64,000 bases of DNA, taken from an uncultured Bacteroidales bacterium. Its GTDB lineage: Bacteria; Bacteroidota; Bacteroidia; Bacteroidales; VadinHA17. A program made the translations under genes and the position numbers. Every line of letters begins with the position of its first letter. Positions within the stretch are counted from its first letter, which is position 1. Location: positions 267,274 to 331,273 of the forward strand of contig CAWDYR010000017.1 of NCBI GenBank assembly GCA_963806555.1. Reading direction: 5' to 3'. Below the pieces are notes generated by a model, which was given only the letters and a program-made list of their open reading frames with translations, did not search any database and was not told the DNA's origin. Positions 18,692 to 31,879 of this stretch are shown one piece after another.

Positions 18692-20878
18692 ATGGCCTTT
18701 CCGTTTGTAAAACAATATGATGCTATGGATTGTGGTCCCGCCTGCATTAAGATGGTAGCCGGGTATTACAAACGGAGTTATTCGCTCGATTATCTCCGGA
18801 AAAAATGCTATATAACAAGGGAGGGGGTTTCATTTCTCGGCCTTTCAGAGGCTGCTGATTCATTGGGATTCAGGACGCTGGGTGTGAAGATCACATTTGA
18901 AATGCTGGCAGATAAAGTTACAATGCCATGCATCGTACACTGGGGACAGAAACATTTTGTTGTAGTTTACAGAATCAAAAATGACAAAATCCGGGTTGCC
19001 GATCCTGCAACAGGACTAATTCAATATACACGGGATCAATTCGAAAAAAAATGGATCAGCTCGGTAACCGATGGAAAACAGACAGGCCTGGTCCTGATAA
19101 TAGAACCGACTCCGGCGCTGTTTACGGCTGAAGATGAGCAGAAAAAACCCGGTGGATTCCGGTTTTTGCTGAAGTACTTTAAGCTTTACAAAAAATTTCT
19201 GGGCCAGTTGATTCTTGGCCTGGTACTGGGAAGCTGTATTCAGCTGATCATACCATTTCTGACCCAGTCAATTATTGATATAGGTCTGAATAATAATGAC
19301 ATAGGGTTTATTTACCTGATTCTCTTCGCCCAGCTTGCCCTTGTTGCAGGGAGGTTGTCGGTTGAATTTATAAGGGGATGGCTTCTTCTTTATATAGGAT
19401 CCAGGGTCAACGTTGCAATAATCTCAGGTTTTTTGCAGAAACTGATGGCCCTTCCGGTCGCATTTTATGACACAAAGCTGACAGGGGATATTCTGCAGAG
19501 AATTGAGGACAACAACAGGATTGAGGAGTTTCTCACTTCGGCAAGCCTCAGCATTCTCTTTTCATTCTTTAACCTTATAATATTCGGTATTGTACTGGCT
19601 ATTTTCAGTATCAAGATATTTGTATTGTTTCTTACGGGCACTACCCTGTACATTTTATGGGTCTCCCTGTTCATGAAATCAAGGGCCAGGCTTGATAACC
19701 AGCGCTTCAGGGAAATGTCAGCATCCAATTCGAAGCTCATTAGTATCATTAACGGGATGCAGGAGATTAAGCTAACACAGAGTGAGCTTAGCAAACGATG
19801 GGACTGGGAAAAACATCAGGCTTCTTTGTTCGGGTTGAGGGTAAAGGGACTTGGCCTGATTCAGTATCAATCGGCAGGGGCGACCCTCATCAGCGAGATA
19901 ATGAATATCCTTATTACGATAATTGCGGCAACAGCAGTTCTTAAGGGAAATATGACCCTGGGTATGATGCTTGCAGTTCAATTTATTATCGGACAGCTAA
20001 ATGTTCCGGTAAACCAGATAATCGGATTCTTCCGGATGTCTCAGGACGCTAAAATGAGCCTCGACAGGCTTGCCGAGGTTCATAATATGGAAGATGAGGA
20101 AACCGAGTCAGAAAATAAAATCAATAAACTTCCTGACAATAAAAATATCCGTGTAAACAACCTGTCATATCAATACGAAGGACCACGTTCTCCTTTTGCC
20201 TTAAAAAATGCTGACCTGTTGATAGAACAGAACAAGGTTACGGCAATAGTGGGAGTAAGCGGAAGCGGAAAGACCACACTGTTGAAAATGCTTCTTGGAT
20301 TTTATCAGCCTGTAACGGGAGAAATTCTGATAGGAGATACCCCTGTTTCAAATCTAAGTCTGAAACTCTGGCGCGAAAAGGTGGGTGCGGTAATGCAGGA
20401 TGGCTTTTTGTTTCCCGACACCATTGCAGGAAATATAGCACCCGGTTCGGAGGAAATCGATGAGAGCAGGATGAAAAAGGCTGCTGAAACTGCAAATATC
20501 AGGGGATTTATCGACTCCCTGCCACTTGGCTACAACACCAGGATCGGAGCAAACGGCCATGGATTGAGCGAGGGACAGAAGCAAAGGTTGCTCATCGCCA
20601 GGGTGATATATAAAGATCCTGATATTTTAATTTTTGATGAAGCCACAAATTCCCTCGATGCCAATACTGAAAAGGCAATCGTTGAAAACCTGGCTGATTT
20701 CTATCGGGGTAAAACTGTCATTATTGTTGCTCACCGACTGAGCACTGTCAGGAATGCCGATAAAATTGTTGTTCTGGATACGGGGCAGATAACTGAAACG
20801 GGAAATCATGAGAGTCTTATTGAAAAAAGAGGAACATATTATAATCTCGTTAAAAACCAGCTTGAACTTGGTAATTGA
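18692..20878 (+). CDS. peptidase-C39-domain ABC transporter (bacteriocin/peptide processing and export, PCAT)
   Basis: The N-terminus KQYDAMDCGPACIKMV (catalytic Cys) and WGQKHFVVVY (His), six TM segments, Walker A GVSGSGKTT, signature LSEGQKQR and Walker B ILIFDEATNSLD. Confidence 0.9.
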   Translation: MAFPFVKQYDAMDCGPACIKMVAGYYKRSYSLDYLRKKCYITREGVSFLGLSEAADSLGFRTLGVKITFEMLADKVTMPCIVHWGQKHFVVVYRIKNDKIRVADPATGLIQYTRDQFEKKWISSVTDGKQTGLVLIIEPTPALFTAEDEQKKPGGFRFLLKYFKLYKKFLGQLILGLVLGSCIQLIIPFLTQSIIDIGLNNNDIGFIYLILFAQLALVAGRLSVEFIRGWLLLYIGSRVNVAIISGFLQKLMALPVAFYDTKLTGDILQRIEDNNRIEEFLTSASLSILFSFFNLIIFGIVLAIFSIKIFVLFLTGTTLYILWVSLFMKSRARLDNQRFREMSASNSKLISIINGMQEIKLTQSELSKRWDWEKHQASLFGLRVKGLGLIQYQSAGATLISEIMNILITIIAATAVLKGNMTLGMMLAVQFIIGQLNVPVNQIIGFFRMSQDAKMSLDRLAEVHNMEDEETESENKINKLPDNKNIRVNNLSYQYEGPRSPFALKNADLLIEQNKVTAIVGVSGSGKTTLLKMLLGFYQPVTGEILIGDTPVSNLSLKLWREKVGAVMQDGFLFPDTIAGNIAPGSEEIDESRMKKAAETANIRGFIDSLPLGYNTRIGANGHGLSEGQKQRLLIARVIYKDPDILIFDEATNSLDANTEKAIVENLADFYRGKTVIIVAHRLSTVRNADKIVVLDTGQITETGNHESLIEKRGTYYNLVKNQLELGN

Positions 20879-20886
20879 TATACAGA

Positions 20887-22176
20887 ATGGATGACAAGGA
20901 ACAAAATATAATATATTCTGAACCTGTAAACGAAATAATGGGACGTCCCCCCGGAAGAGTGTTACGATGGGGAAATGCAATTATGTTACTGGTTTTTGTG
21001 CTCTTTTTATTTTTCGCCTGGATTATAAAATATCCTGATACCATTCCTGCTCCGGTAGAAATTACTACTGTCATTCCTCCGGTAACCCTGGTATCAAAAA
21101 TTACAGGAAGAATCAAAAAGCTGTATGTCAGCGACAGGGAGAATATCAGCAAGGGACAGTTGATTGCAGTTATGGAGACTGCAGCATCGGTAGATGAACT
21201 GAATATCCTGCGCCAATTCATCGATACCATCAGGAACCCTGAATCAATGAAGCTTTCAGGATTGCCTGAATTTACTGAACTTGGAGAGATCCAGGAATAC
21301 TGGGGCACTTTCCGGAAAACCCTTTCAGATTTTAACAATTACATCATAAATGATTTTTACGGCAAAAAAGTCAGTTCAATAACCGATGAAATAGACGGGA
21401 TTCTGGTCTATATTGGCCGGGTAAAGGTAAAAGAGAGTTTTTTCACTGAAAATCAGCTGATTGAAACTAAAAAGTTCAGAAGGGATTCCATGCTTTATCT
21501 GAGTGGCGTTTTTTCAGAGACTGAGCTTGAAAAATCGCGTCAGTCACTTCTGAGGATGAATATTGAACTTCAGCAGGTGCGTCTTGACCATTCTGCAAAA
21601 TCGATTGAGCTTGCAGAAAAAAAACAGCTTCTGCAGGATTATAAGATTAAAAGGATTGAAGAGGGGGAGAGATATTATTCTGTTCTGAATGAATCGTTTC
21701 TGAATCTCAAAGCACAGGTGAAGATTTGGGAGAATACTTATCTCCTCATTTCGCCTTTCAGCGGCGTTGTAACCTTCACCAGATTCTGGAGCGAAAACCA
21801 GACCGTAAACAAGGATGAACCTGTACTTAGTATCGTTCCGCTGGACGCGGGTGATTACGTCGGAAGGATATATCTCAAAATGAATCGTTCGGGGAAAGTA
21901 AAAACAGGGCAGGAAGCAAATATCAAGTTAAGCGGATTCCCGTACCTTGAATACGGCATGTTAAAAGGTGTGATCAAGTCCAAATCGCTTGTGCCCTCGG
22001 GCGATACTTACGTGATAGAGCTCAGCTTGCCTTCCGGCCTGACCACCCTGTACGGCAGGAAACTCGATTTTACCCAGAATATGCAGGGCACCGCTGAGAT
22101 TATCACTGACGACCTCAGTCTGCTCCGGAAAATAATCAATCCGTTCCGGTACCTTGTCTCCAGAAACAGAAGCTAA
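20887..22176 (+). CDS. HlyD-family secretion adaptor
   Basis: ATG lies 9 nt after the PCAT stop (the track TTG 20875 is also possible). It has an N-terminal TM (AIMLLVFVLFLFFAWII), a long coiled coil and a C-terminal beta domain. Confidence 0.8.
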   Translation: MDDKEQNIIYSEPVNEIMGRPPGRVLRWGNAIMLLVFVLFLFFAWIIKYPDTIPAPVEITTVIPPVTLVSKITGRIKKLYVSDRENISKGQLIAVMETAASVDELNILRQFIDTIRNPESMKLSGLPEFTELGEIQEYWGTFRKTLSDFNNYIINDFYGKKVSSITDEIDGILVYIGRVKVKESFFTENQLIETKKFRRDSMLYLSGVFSETELEKSRQSLLRMNIELQQVRLDHSAKSIELAEKKQLLQDYKIKRIEEGERYYSVLNESFLNLKAQVKIWENTYLLISPFSGVVTFTRFWSENQTVNKDEPVLSIVPLDAGDYVGRIYLKMNRSGKVKTGQEANIKLSGFPYLEYGMLKGVIKSKSLVPSGDTYVIELSLPSGLTTLYGRKLDFTQNMQGTAEIITDDLSLLRKIINPFRYLVSRNRS

Positions 22177-22177
22177 T

Positions 22178-22351
22178 TTATTTCTTTGAATAGGGTTCGT
22201 AGTCGTCATCAACTGTTGATGAAGAAAGTGATGAACCCGGCATCCCTTTTTTTCCACTGCCGGCCTGGTTCTTTTTTATGTATTTCTGATATAACCTTAC
22301 TCCTGCAAAAGCCAGGGCGACTGCCAAAAGTATTATTTCAGTTCTTTCCAT
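22178..22351 (-). CDS. 57-aa single-TM small protein (hypothetical)
   Basis: My translation is MERTEIILLAVALAFAGVRLYQKYIKKNQAGSGKKGMPGSSLSSSTVDDDYEPYSKK*. There is no other support. Confidence 0.3.
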   Translation of the reverse strand: MERTEIILLAVALAFAGVRLYQKYIKKNQAGSGKKGMPGSSLSSSTVDDDYEPYSKK

Positions 22352-22646
22352 TTTATTATTGGTTTGTGTTACTAAAACAGTGTTTTACCACGATCCGGAT
22401 ATTCTTTAGATTCAGCGTTCAAATATACTTATAATAAAAGTTTTGTACCTGAAATCAGAATGAGATTTGTAATAAAGAAATGAGTTTTTAAGCCAGGCTT
22501 CAGGCGCTTAATGATTGATTATCATTTTAATTTAAGGTAAAACTTTGAGTTTTATTAAATAATTCAATATTTTCGTACTCTGAAAAATCCATGGCTTGCC
22601 ATGGTGTGCTGAATTTGGGAAGATATTGAACCTTAATGGATTGAAT

Positions 22647-24633
22647 ATGATTATAGAAAATCCGGATGACACTGTTCGTGAAGAACAGAACGGCGCGAAT
22701 GAAGATGCTGCCGGTACTGAGAACCCTTTAAAAGCGGAAAAAGCGGAAAAAGCCGGATCTGCAGAAGCTGAAGAAACAAAGGAACCGGATACTGAAAGTA
22801 TCAAAAAGAAGAGCGAACCTGAAAAAAATGATGTTCCTGCAGTAGCCGAGAAACACTCCTCCGTACCGGAAGAGTTTCATGATCTGGAAGATATCGAACT
22901 TCCTCCGGTTGATTACTCAGGTTATTCAAAGCATGAGCTTGTCGAAACTCTTGCCCTCATCATAGAGAACCGCCCTCCTTCAGAGATCCGTGAAGATGTG
23001 GAAAGGATCAAGACTTTTTTCTATAAGAAGATAAAGGGAGAAGCGGAAGAGAGAAAAACTAAATTTCTGGAAGGCGGAGGGAAGATTGAAGATTACAAGA
23101 TCTATGTTGATCCTCTCGATTACCGTGTAAAGGAACTTCTTGAAAAATTCAGGGAGAAAAAGAATGATTTCAATAAGGTTCAGGAAGCCGAGAAATACGA
23201 TAATCTTAAGAAGAAATACGATATAATTGATAAGATAAAAGATCTTGTCAACCGTGAAGAGTCAATAAATAAAACTTTCCATGATTTCCGTTCACTGCAG
23301 AACGAATGGCACTCAATTGGTGTAGTTCCTCAGGCATCGTTGAAAGATCTCTGGGAAAACTATCATCACAGCGTTGAAGTATTTTACGATTATATCAAGA
23401 TAAATAAGGAGCTCCGTGATCTTGATCTGAAAAAAAATCTCGAGATCAAGATTTCGTTGTGTGAAAAGGCTGAAGAGCTCCTTCTTGAACCTAATCCGGT
23501 AAATGCTTTCAGATTTCTGCAGGATTATCATAACCAGTGGCGGGAAATAGGACCGGTACCTCAGGAATCCAAAAATGAGATCTGGGAAAGATTCAGGGAA
23601 GCAACATCTCAGATCAACAAAAGACATCATGAGTACTTCGAAAAACAAAAAGATGATCAGAGAAAGAACCTTGATGCCAAAATAGCCTTGTGTGAAGAAG
23701 TTGAAGCCATCAACCTTCAGGAAATAAAGAGTTTCAGGGATTTCGACGAAAGAGCAGATAAGATTGTTGCCCTTCAGAAAATGTGGAGGACAATAGGGTT
23801 TGCACCCAAAAAACAGAACAATAAGGTCTACCAGAGGTTCAGGGAGGCCTGCGATACCTTCTTTGAGAAAAAGAGAAGTTTCTACGCTGATAATAAGGAG
23901 ACACAGCTAAACAACCTTCAGCTAAAAACCGAACTGTGCATTCAGGCTGAAGCACTTCAGGAGAGCACTGACTGGAAAACCACATCAGATGCTCTTATCA
24001 GGCTTCAGAAAGAATGGAAGGAGGTAGGTCCCGGTTCCGCGAAAACAGTCTGAGAAACTCTGGAAACGATTCCGTAAGGCCTGCGACCATTTCTTTAACA
24101 GGAAAGCAGAGTACTTCGCAAATCTTGATACCTCTTATGAGGATAATCTGAAGGCAAAGCTTGCTATCATTGACGAACTTGAGAAATTTGAACCAGGAAC
24201 TGATGTTCAGGCTGCATTTGAACGACTTAAAGATCTCCAGAGAAAATGGACTGAAATCGGTTTTGTACCTTTCAATAAAAAGGAAGAGATCACAAACAGG
24301 TACAGAAACGCCCTGAATAAGGAATTTGACAAGCTGAAAATAGGAGATGAGGATAAGAGCATCCTTAAATACAGGACAAAGCTTGACAATCTTAAAGCAA
24401 ATCCCAAAGCATCAAGAAAAGTAAGGAATGAAAGGGATAAATTTTTTACCAAGATCAAACAGCTTGAAAGTGATATTGTTCTCTGGGAAAATAATATTGG
24501 ATTCTTTGCCAAATCGACAAATGCTGACACTATGATCAGGGAGGTTCAGGAAAAGATTGAAAATGCAAAGAAAATGATTAAGACACTTGAAGAAAAAGTC
24601 AAAATGATAGACCAGTCAGGTCTCGATGATTGA
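22647..24633 (+). pseudogene. DUF349 repeat protein with an apparent frameshift near 24034
   Basis: Repeated W(K/R)xIGxVP...W.RF...F modules. The frame breaks at WKEVGP (CCC run) and continues in +1 as VPRKQSEKLWKRFRKACDHFF... to TGA 24631-24633. Confidence 0.75.
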
Positions 24634-24675
24634 TATTTGAGAACCACGAATGTATAATTTAAAAAAATTCCTGCA

Positions 24676-26284
<1,609 letters not shown>

Positions 26285-26324
26285 ATAAGAAAAACGAACC
26301 AAATATTCAATATTTTCACAAAGA

Positions 26325-28290
26325 ATGGATAAAAATACTATAACCGGCATAGTTCTTATATTTCTGATTTTCATTGGATTTAGTGTATTCAACGGGAGCC
26401 GGTTAAACAAATCATATGAAAAAGTAATAGTTAAAGCTGATTCTCTATATGCAAAAGGCGATCTGGAAAATGCCAGGGCTGAATATCTTAACGCCCTCCG
26501 GTTTAAACCCAACCAGCCTGAAGCTATTGCAAAAGTAAATGAGCTGAACCAGAAACTGGGCTTTGTACAGGCTCCGCAAACAACCGATAGTATCGGTGTT
26601 AAACCGGCTCAAAGTGAACTTGCTGGAACAGTTCCGGTTAATGCCGTGGTCGATTCCAGCCAGTTTGGGGTCTTTGGAGGTTCCACTGCCGGCGACACTG
26701 CCATGATCACACTTGAAAACAATAAGATAAGACTAAAAATCTCTCCTAAAGGAGGAAGGGTTTTTTCTGCACTTCTTAAAGATTATAAAACCCATGATTC
26801 GCTTCCCCTGATACTTTTTTCAGGTGACTCGACAGTTTTTGGTTTTAATTTTTATACCTCTGATAACAAGGCAATACAGACAAATAATCTGTATTTTAAA
26901 CCGGTATCGGATAACCGGATTTTCTCAGTGACTTCACAGCCTGAAAGTGTAATTCTCAGATTGATGGCAGGAGAAAATAAATATATCGAATATAAATACA
27001 CTCTCGCACCTGACAAATATATGGTCGATTTTGATGTTACCTTTAATTCAATGGAGAACATCGTGGCATCGAATCAGAACAGCCTGACATTCGACTGGAG
27101 GATGTATATACCCCAGCAGGAAAAAGGAAGGCAGAATGAAGAAAACTATTCGACAATAAAATATAAATACTTCCAGGACGATGTTGTCAGCCTCAAGCTG
27201 AGATCCCAAAAGGATGAAACTACCGATATAACGACAAAGCTGAGCTGGATAGCATTCCAGGACCAGTTTTTTTCCTCTGTACTGATAACTAACGATTTTT
27301 TTCTTAACGGCTCCTTAACATCAACCAGAACTGTAACATCACCCAGGTATATAAGATATTATACAGCAGAAGTCGGAGTGCCCTTCAATCCGGGTGCAAA
27401 TTCTTCTTTAGGAATGAAATTGTATTACGGTCCTAACCATATTTCCACCCTTAGGAAAGAGGGTCTTGAGCTTGAAAAGCTTGTTTATCTTGGCAAGACC
27501 ATCATTGGCTGGATAAACAGATTTGTAATTATTCCTGTATTTAACTGGCTTGAGAAGTATATTTCTAGCTACGGACTTATAATTCTTATCCTAACAATTA
27601 TAATAAAGATAGTTCTCTTCCCCCTCACTTTTAAGTCATACCAGTCGCAGGCAAAAATGCAGGTGTTAAAACCACTTGTAGAGGAGATGGGTAAAAAGTA
27701 TCCCAAAAAAGGAAGATGCCATGAAAAAGCAGCAGGCTACAATGGAACTGTATAAAAGAGCCGGGGTAAATCCCATGGGAGGGTGCCTTCCCATGCTCCT
27801 TCAGATGCCAATACTGTTTGCCATGTTCAGGTTTTTCCCTGTGTCAATTGAACTTCGGCAGGAACATTTTCTGTGGGCCACCGACCTGTCAACATACGAT
27901 TCTATACTTACTTTGCCTTTCAAGATACCAATGTATGGTGACCATGTAAGTCTCTTTACCCTTCTGATGACCGCCTCCACGCTTCTGACAATGAAGATGA
28001 CCGGATCATCTCCCGGACAGGATCAACCCGGTATGAAGGCTATGATGTATATGATGCCCATAATGTTCATGCTAATCCTGAATAATTTCTCATCAGGATT
28101 GACATACTATTATTTTCTGGCAAATATTCTTACTTACCTCCAGAACTTTGTATCGAAAAGATTTATTGATGAGAAAAAAGTTTTAGCTACCCTTGAAGAA
28201 AACAAGAAAAAGCCGGTCAAAAAATCAAAGTGGCAGCAGCGACTTGAAGCTGCTGCAAGACAAAGAGGAATTCAACCTCCTAAAAGGTAG
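26325..28290 (+). pseudogene. yidC: membrane protein insertase YidC (long Bacteroidota form), apparent frameshift near 27705
   Basis: The N-terminal TM plus periplasmic domain ORF ends at ...MGKKYPKK. The +1 frame continues (ED)AMKKQQATMELYKRAGVNPMGGCLPMLLQMPILFAMF..., the conserved YidC core. Confidence 0.85.
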
Positions 28291-28440
28291 GATCTCATAA
28301 TTTAGCAGAGGTAAATTTTACTAAAACCGGTCCGGATTGTGAAATATTTAACTATTCTTTCCTTTCTTATGTTAAATTTCCTTAATTAGATATTTAGGAT
28401 TTAAAATTTATCATATATTAGTTCTCCAAATTAAGGGGAA

Positions 28441-29475
28441 ATGGGGAAAAAAGTTAAAAACAAAGATTTAGCCGAACGGCTTAGCGTTTCCAGCACTTTA
28501 GTCTCACTTGTATTAAACAATAAGGCTGACCAGCATGGAATAAGAAAAGATACTCAGGAAAGAGTTCTTGCACTTGCAAGGCAGATGGGTTATTTCGAAC
28601 TGCAAAAAGACAAGCAGGAAGTTCTGCCTGTCGAGGAGAAACCCGGAGTGATAGGCATGATTGTCCCCTCACTTCATGATCCGTTCATATATGAATTAAC
28701 ACCATTCCTGCAAAAAGCTTTCTCAAGCATTGGTGTGGGTTTTTCCATAATGACGAAAGACCCCGATGATGACAGGTATAACCGGTTTGTCGGAGCATTC
28801 AGAAAGTTCTACAGCGGACTTATCCTTGTCGGTGAAGCTGCTGATGACTATACTATAAGAGCCCTCAGAGGATCGGGTTATCCCTTCGTAATGCTTGAAA
28901 AATCAGTGAAGTTACTTCGTCTGAACACAGTTTGCACCGATTTCAGGGAAGGCTCACAACGTGTGGTCGACCATATTGAAAAATTGGGTTACAAGAACAT
29001 ACTGATTGTAACCGATAGAATTCATGCGGGTAAGGATACGGCTCTTATTGAGATCCTTAAAGATGCTGTTGCGAAAAAACCTGAGATGAGCAAACCAATC
29101 CTCGTCGAATATGACCACTATATCAATGGGAACGAGACTGAGTCCGGTCTGATCGATAAGTACATGCGTCCGCCTTTCAGAGCAGAAATGATGATCGTAC
29201 TGCACGCCGAGCTGGTTTATACTGTAATGAAGCTGTTAAGAAAAAAGAAAATACGTGTTCCTCAGGATGTTGCATTGATTTCCATGGAAGAGGGTATCGG
29301 TTTCGATCTGATGTGCTCTCCGGTTACATGCCTCAGGAAACCTCTCACAGGGATGGCACTCAAAGTTGCAAATATGATCTGGTCCGAGGTAAAGAACTCA
29401 GGGAAAAGTAAATACAAACGACAGGTAAACATTTCTCCTGAACTGATAGTCAGAAACTCCTGCGGGACAATTTAG
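28441..29475 (+). CDS. LacI-family transcriptional regulator
   Basis: N-terminal HTH KDLAERLSVSSTLVSLVLNNK followed by a periplasmic-binding-protein-like sugar-binding fold of typical length (344 aa). Confidence 0.8.
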   Translation: MGKKVKNKDLAERLSVSSTLVSLVLNNKADQHGIRKDTQERVLALARQMGYFELQKDKQEVLPVEEKPGVIGMIVPSLHDPFIYELTPFLQKAFSSIGVGFSIMTKDPDDDRYNRFVGAFRKFYSGLILVGEAADDYTIRALRGSGYPFVMLEKSVKLLRLNTVCTDFREGSQRVVDHIEKLGYKNILIVTDRIHAGKDTALIEILKDAVAKKPEMSKPILVEYDHYINGNETESGLIDKYMRPPFRAEMMIVLHAELVYTVMKLLRKKKIRVPQDVALISMEEGIGFDLMCSPVTCLRKPLTGMALKVANMIWSEVKNSGKSKYKRQVNISPELIVRNSCGTI

Positions 29476-29683
29476 AGATCTGATAAAATGAGATTATCCG
29501 GAAGCATCCTGATGGTCATGTTAGTTTTTTTAGCTTCAGGGTGCCGGGAGCAACATCTCAGTAGATTCCTTATACTTTAGTCGACACAAAGCAGACCAGC
29601 AGACCTCTTAACAGCCGACCTTAAAAATTGTTAATATCTCAATTTTAGATCATTTAAAATTCAATTACCTTTGGTCCGTATTG

Positions 29684-29872
29684 GTTTTACAATGAAATAA
29701 AATCGTTGTAATGAAAAGGGAATGCGGTTTGAATCCGCGACAGTACCCGCTGCTGTGATGCCCGATCGTTTTACGATGATGGTTTTGGGAAATACCTGCC
29801 ACTGTTCCGGTAATCGGAATGGGAAGGCTTCCCGGAACCGGGACAAGTCAGAAGACCTGCCAGACAAACTTG
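29684..29872 (+). promoter_or_regulatory. cobalamin (B12) riboswitch
   Basis: AAAAGGGAATGCGGTTTGAATCCGCGACAGTACCCGCTGCTGTGA, then GCCACTG...GGGAAGGC, then the B12 box AGTCAGAAGACCTGCC at 29846-29861. It lies ~90 nt upstream of a TonB-dependent receptor. Confidence 0.85.
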
Positions 29873-29961
29873 AAGTTCAAAGCTTTCGGGAAAAAAAGCG
29901 CAGAATCATTTTTGATTCCCCTGATTCTTTATATCCCGGCAGCATAAAATGAAGTGCACAA

Positions 29962-31876
29962 TTGAAGACTGTTGCTTTTTATACTGCTTTATTGATTTCA
30001 ATGCACCTGCAGGGTCAACCATCCTTCAGGGAAGATACGATCCTTATTAACGAGGTGGTGATAAGCCGGAACACCATTAATCCTTCCCCCGGCTTCAAGA
30101 TAACATACCTCGACTCTTCAATCCTTAGCGGTTACAATCACAGGACCCTCGCTGATCTGCTCTCGGAGAACTCATCTATCTTTGTTAAATCTTACGGATC
30201 GGGAGGAATTGCCACTCCCTCATTCAGAGGAACCGGTCCTGGCCATACCCAGATTTCATGGAATAATATCAACCTTAATAATCCCATGCTCGGACAATTT
30301 GATCTGTCGCTTGTCCCGGCCGGATTTGCTGATGATGTTTATGTCTCCTATGGAGGAGGATCAATGGATATCAACAACGGTGGATTAGGCGGCATTGTCA
30401 ACATTGAAACAAAACCTGACTGGGATAACGGGAATCTCCTTTTTGTCAACCCGGGATTTGGCTCATTTGGGAGATATTCAGGATTGGTCAGGGTCAGGAC
30501 AGGTAACGCCCGCTTTCAGTCTGTTACCAGGGCTTTTTTGGGTTCAGCTGAAAATAACTTTCCCTACCTTAATAATATATGGAGCCCTGAACCGGTATTG
30601 GAAAGAAGGAAAAACAGCCAGGTAGTCCAGCGGGGGTTTATCCAGGAATTATATTTTAAAGGGATAAGGAATATTTTCTCAACGAGGCTCTGGTACCAGT
30701 CAGCCTCGAGGAACCTGCCTGTTCCGCTAAGCATGTTGTCGATGGACCAGGGGGAGAAACAGGATGACAGATCATTGCGGGCCCTTGTAAGCGTTGAATC
30801 ACTGGATAAAAGCACGGATTACATTGTTTCAGCCGCCTTTGTTGCCGACAGGCTTACCTATACCAACCGGCTGGCATCCATAAATTCTGAAAACAAAGCC
30901 GGAAGCCTGATCATGAAAGGTGTGATTATGCCGGAAATAAGTGATTTGCTAAGGCTGAAAATATTGTTCGATAATGAGCTGAATTTCATTAATTCAAATA
31001 ATTATCAGGGGAAAAGAACCAGGAACATGGCATCAGTGGCTGTTTCAGCCGAAACTGACTTCGCAGAATGGCTGACAGCCCGGCTCCTTACCAGGGAAAC
31101 CCTTCAGAACGACTCACTTCCTCAATCCCGACCTTTCACTTGGAGCAGAGATAAGGATCCTCCCGGGGAAGGATTATTTCATAAAAGCCAATTTCTCAAA
31201 GAATTCTAAGATTCCTACACTTAATGATATGTACTGGACACCTGGTGGTAATCCTGACCTTAAAAATGAGAGCGGTCTCATAACCGAGATCGGACTGGCA
31301 ATATCGGAAAAGTTATCTGCACTCTTAACATTCAGGGGTGAATTAACAGGCTTCAGGAATTTTATCAATGATATGATCCAATGGTACCCCGGGGAAAATT
31401 CATACTGGATAGCAGGTAATGTTAAAAAAATAACAACAGCCGGAATTGAATCGGAAGTTCATCTGATCTACGCAAAGGCAAGGTTCAGGGCGCTTGCCGA
31501 TATTGTTTACACTCTTACAAAAGCCAGGTCAGCAGGACTGACCGGCAATAACGGGGACCCGGGGAACAATCAGCTGATCTATGTTCCTGCCAACCAGTTT
31601 GGTTCAGGTATCAGGGTAAACTGGCGGACTCTTTTCTCATCAATTAAGGTAAACTACACCGGCCGCAGATACTTAACAGCTGACAATTCGCAATATCTGC
31701 AGGGTTATACTTTAAGCGACCTTAAGTTTGGAGTTTTAATGAATTCTAAAAACACATCGTACGATTTAAGCGTTATAGTTGATAACCTTTTTAATGTCAG
31801 TTACCAGGATATTGCCTGGTATCCTATGCCAGGACGGGCATATTCTCTGTCGATAGTATTTCAGTTAAAAAAATAA
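29962..31876 (+). pseudogene. btuB: TonB-dependent receptor (BtuB-like), apparent frameshift near 31110
   Basis: Plug-domain motifs (LADLLSENSSIFVKSYGSGGIATPSFRGTGPGHTQISWNNINLNNP). After the shift: LNPDLSLGAEIKDLPGKDYFIKANFSKNSKIPTLNDMYWTPGGNPDLKNE...SLSIVFQLKK. It sits behind a B12 riboswitch. The start is uncertain (TTG). Confidence 0.8.
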
Positions 31877-31879
31877 GAT

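Noticed and set aside
29488-29580. 30-aa ORF MRLSGSILMVMLVFLASGCREQHLSRFLIL resembling a lipoprotein signal peptide
   Set aside because: It consists of a signal peptide only, followed by a stop. It could be a truncated gene relic or chance, and there is no supporting context.
29722-29952. 76-aa + strand ORF and 68-aa minus-strand ORF upstream of btuB
   Set aside because: Both lie on the cobalamin riboswitch. The conserved RNA motifs explain the region.
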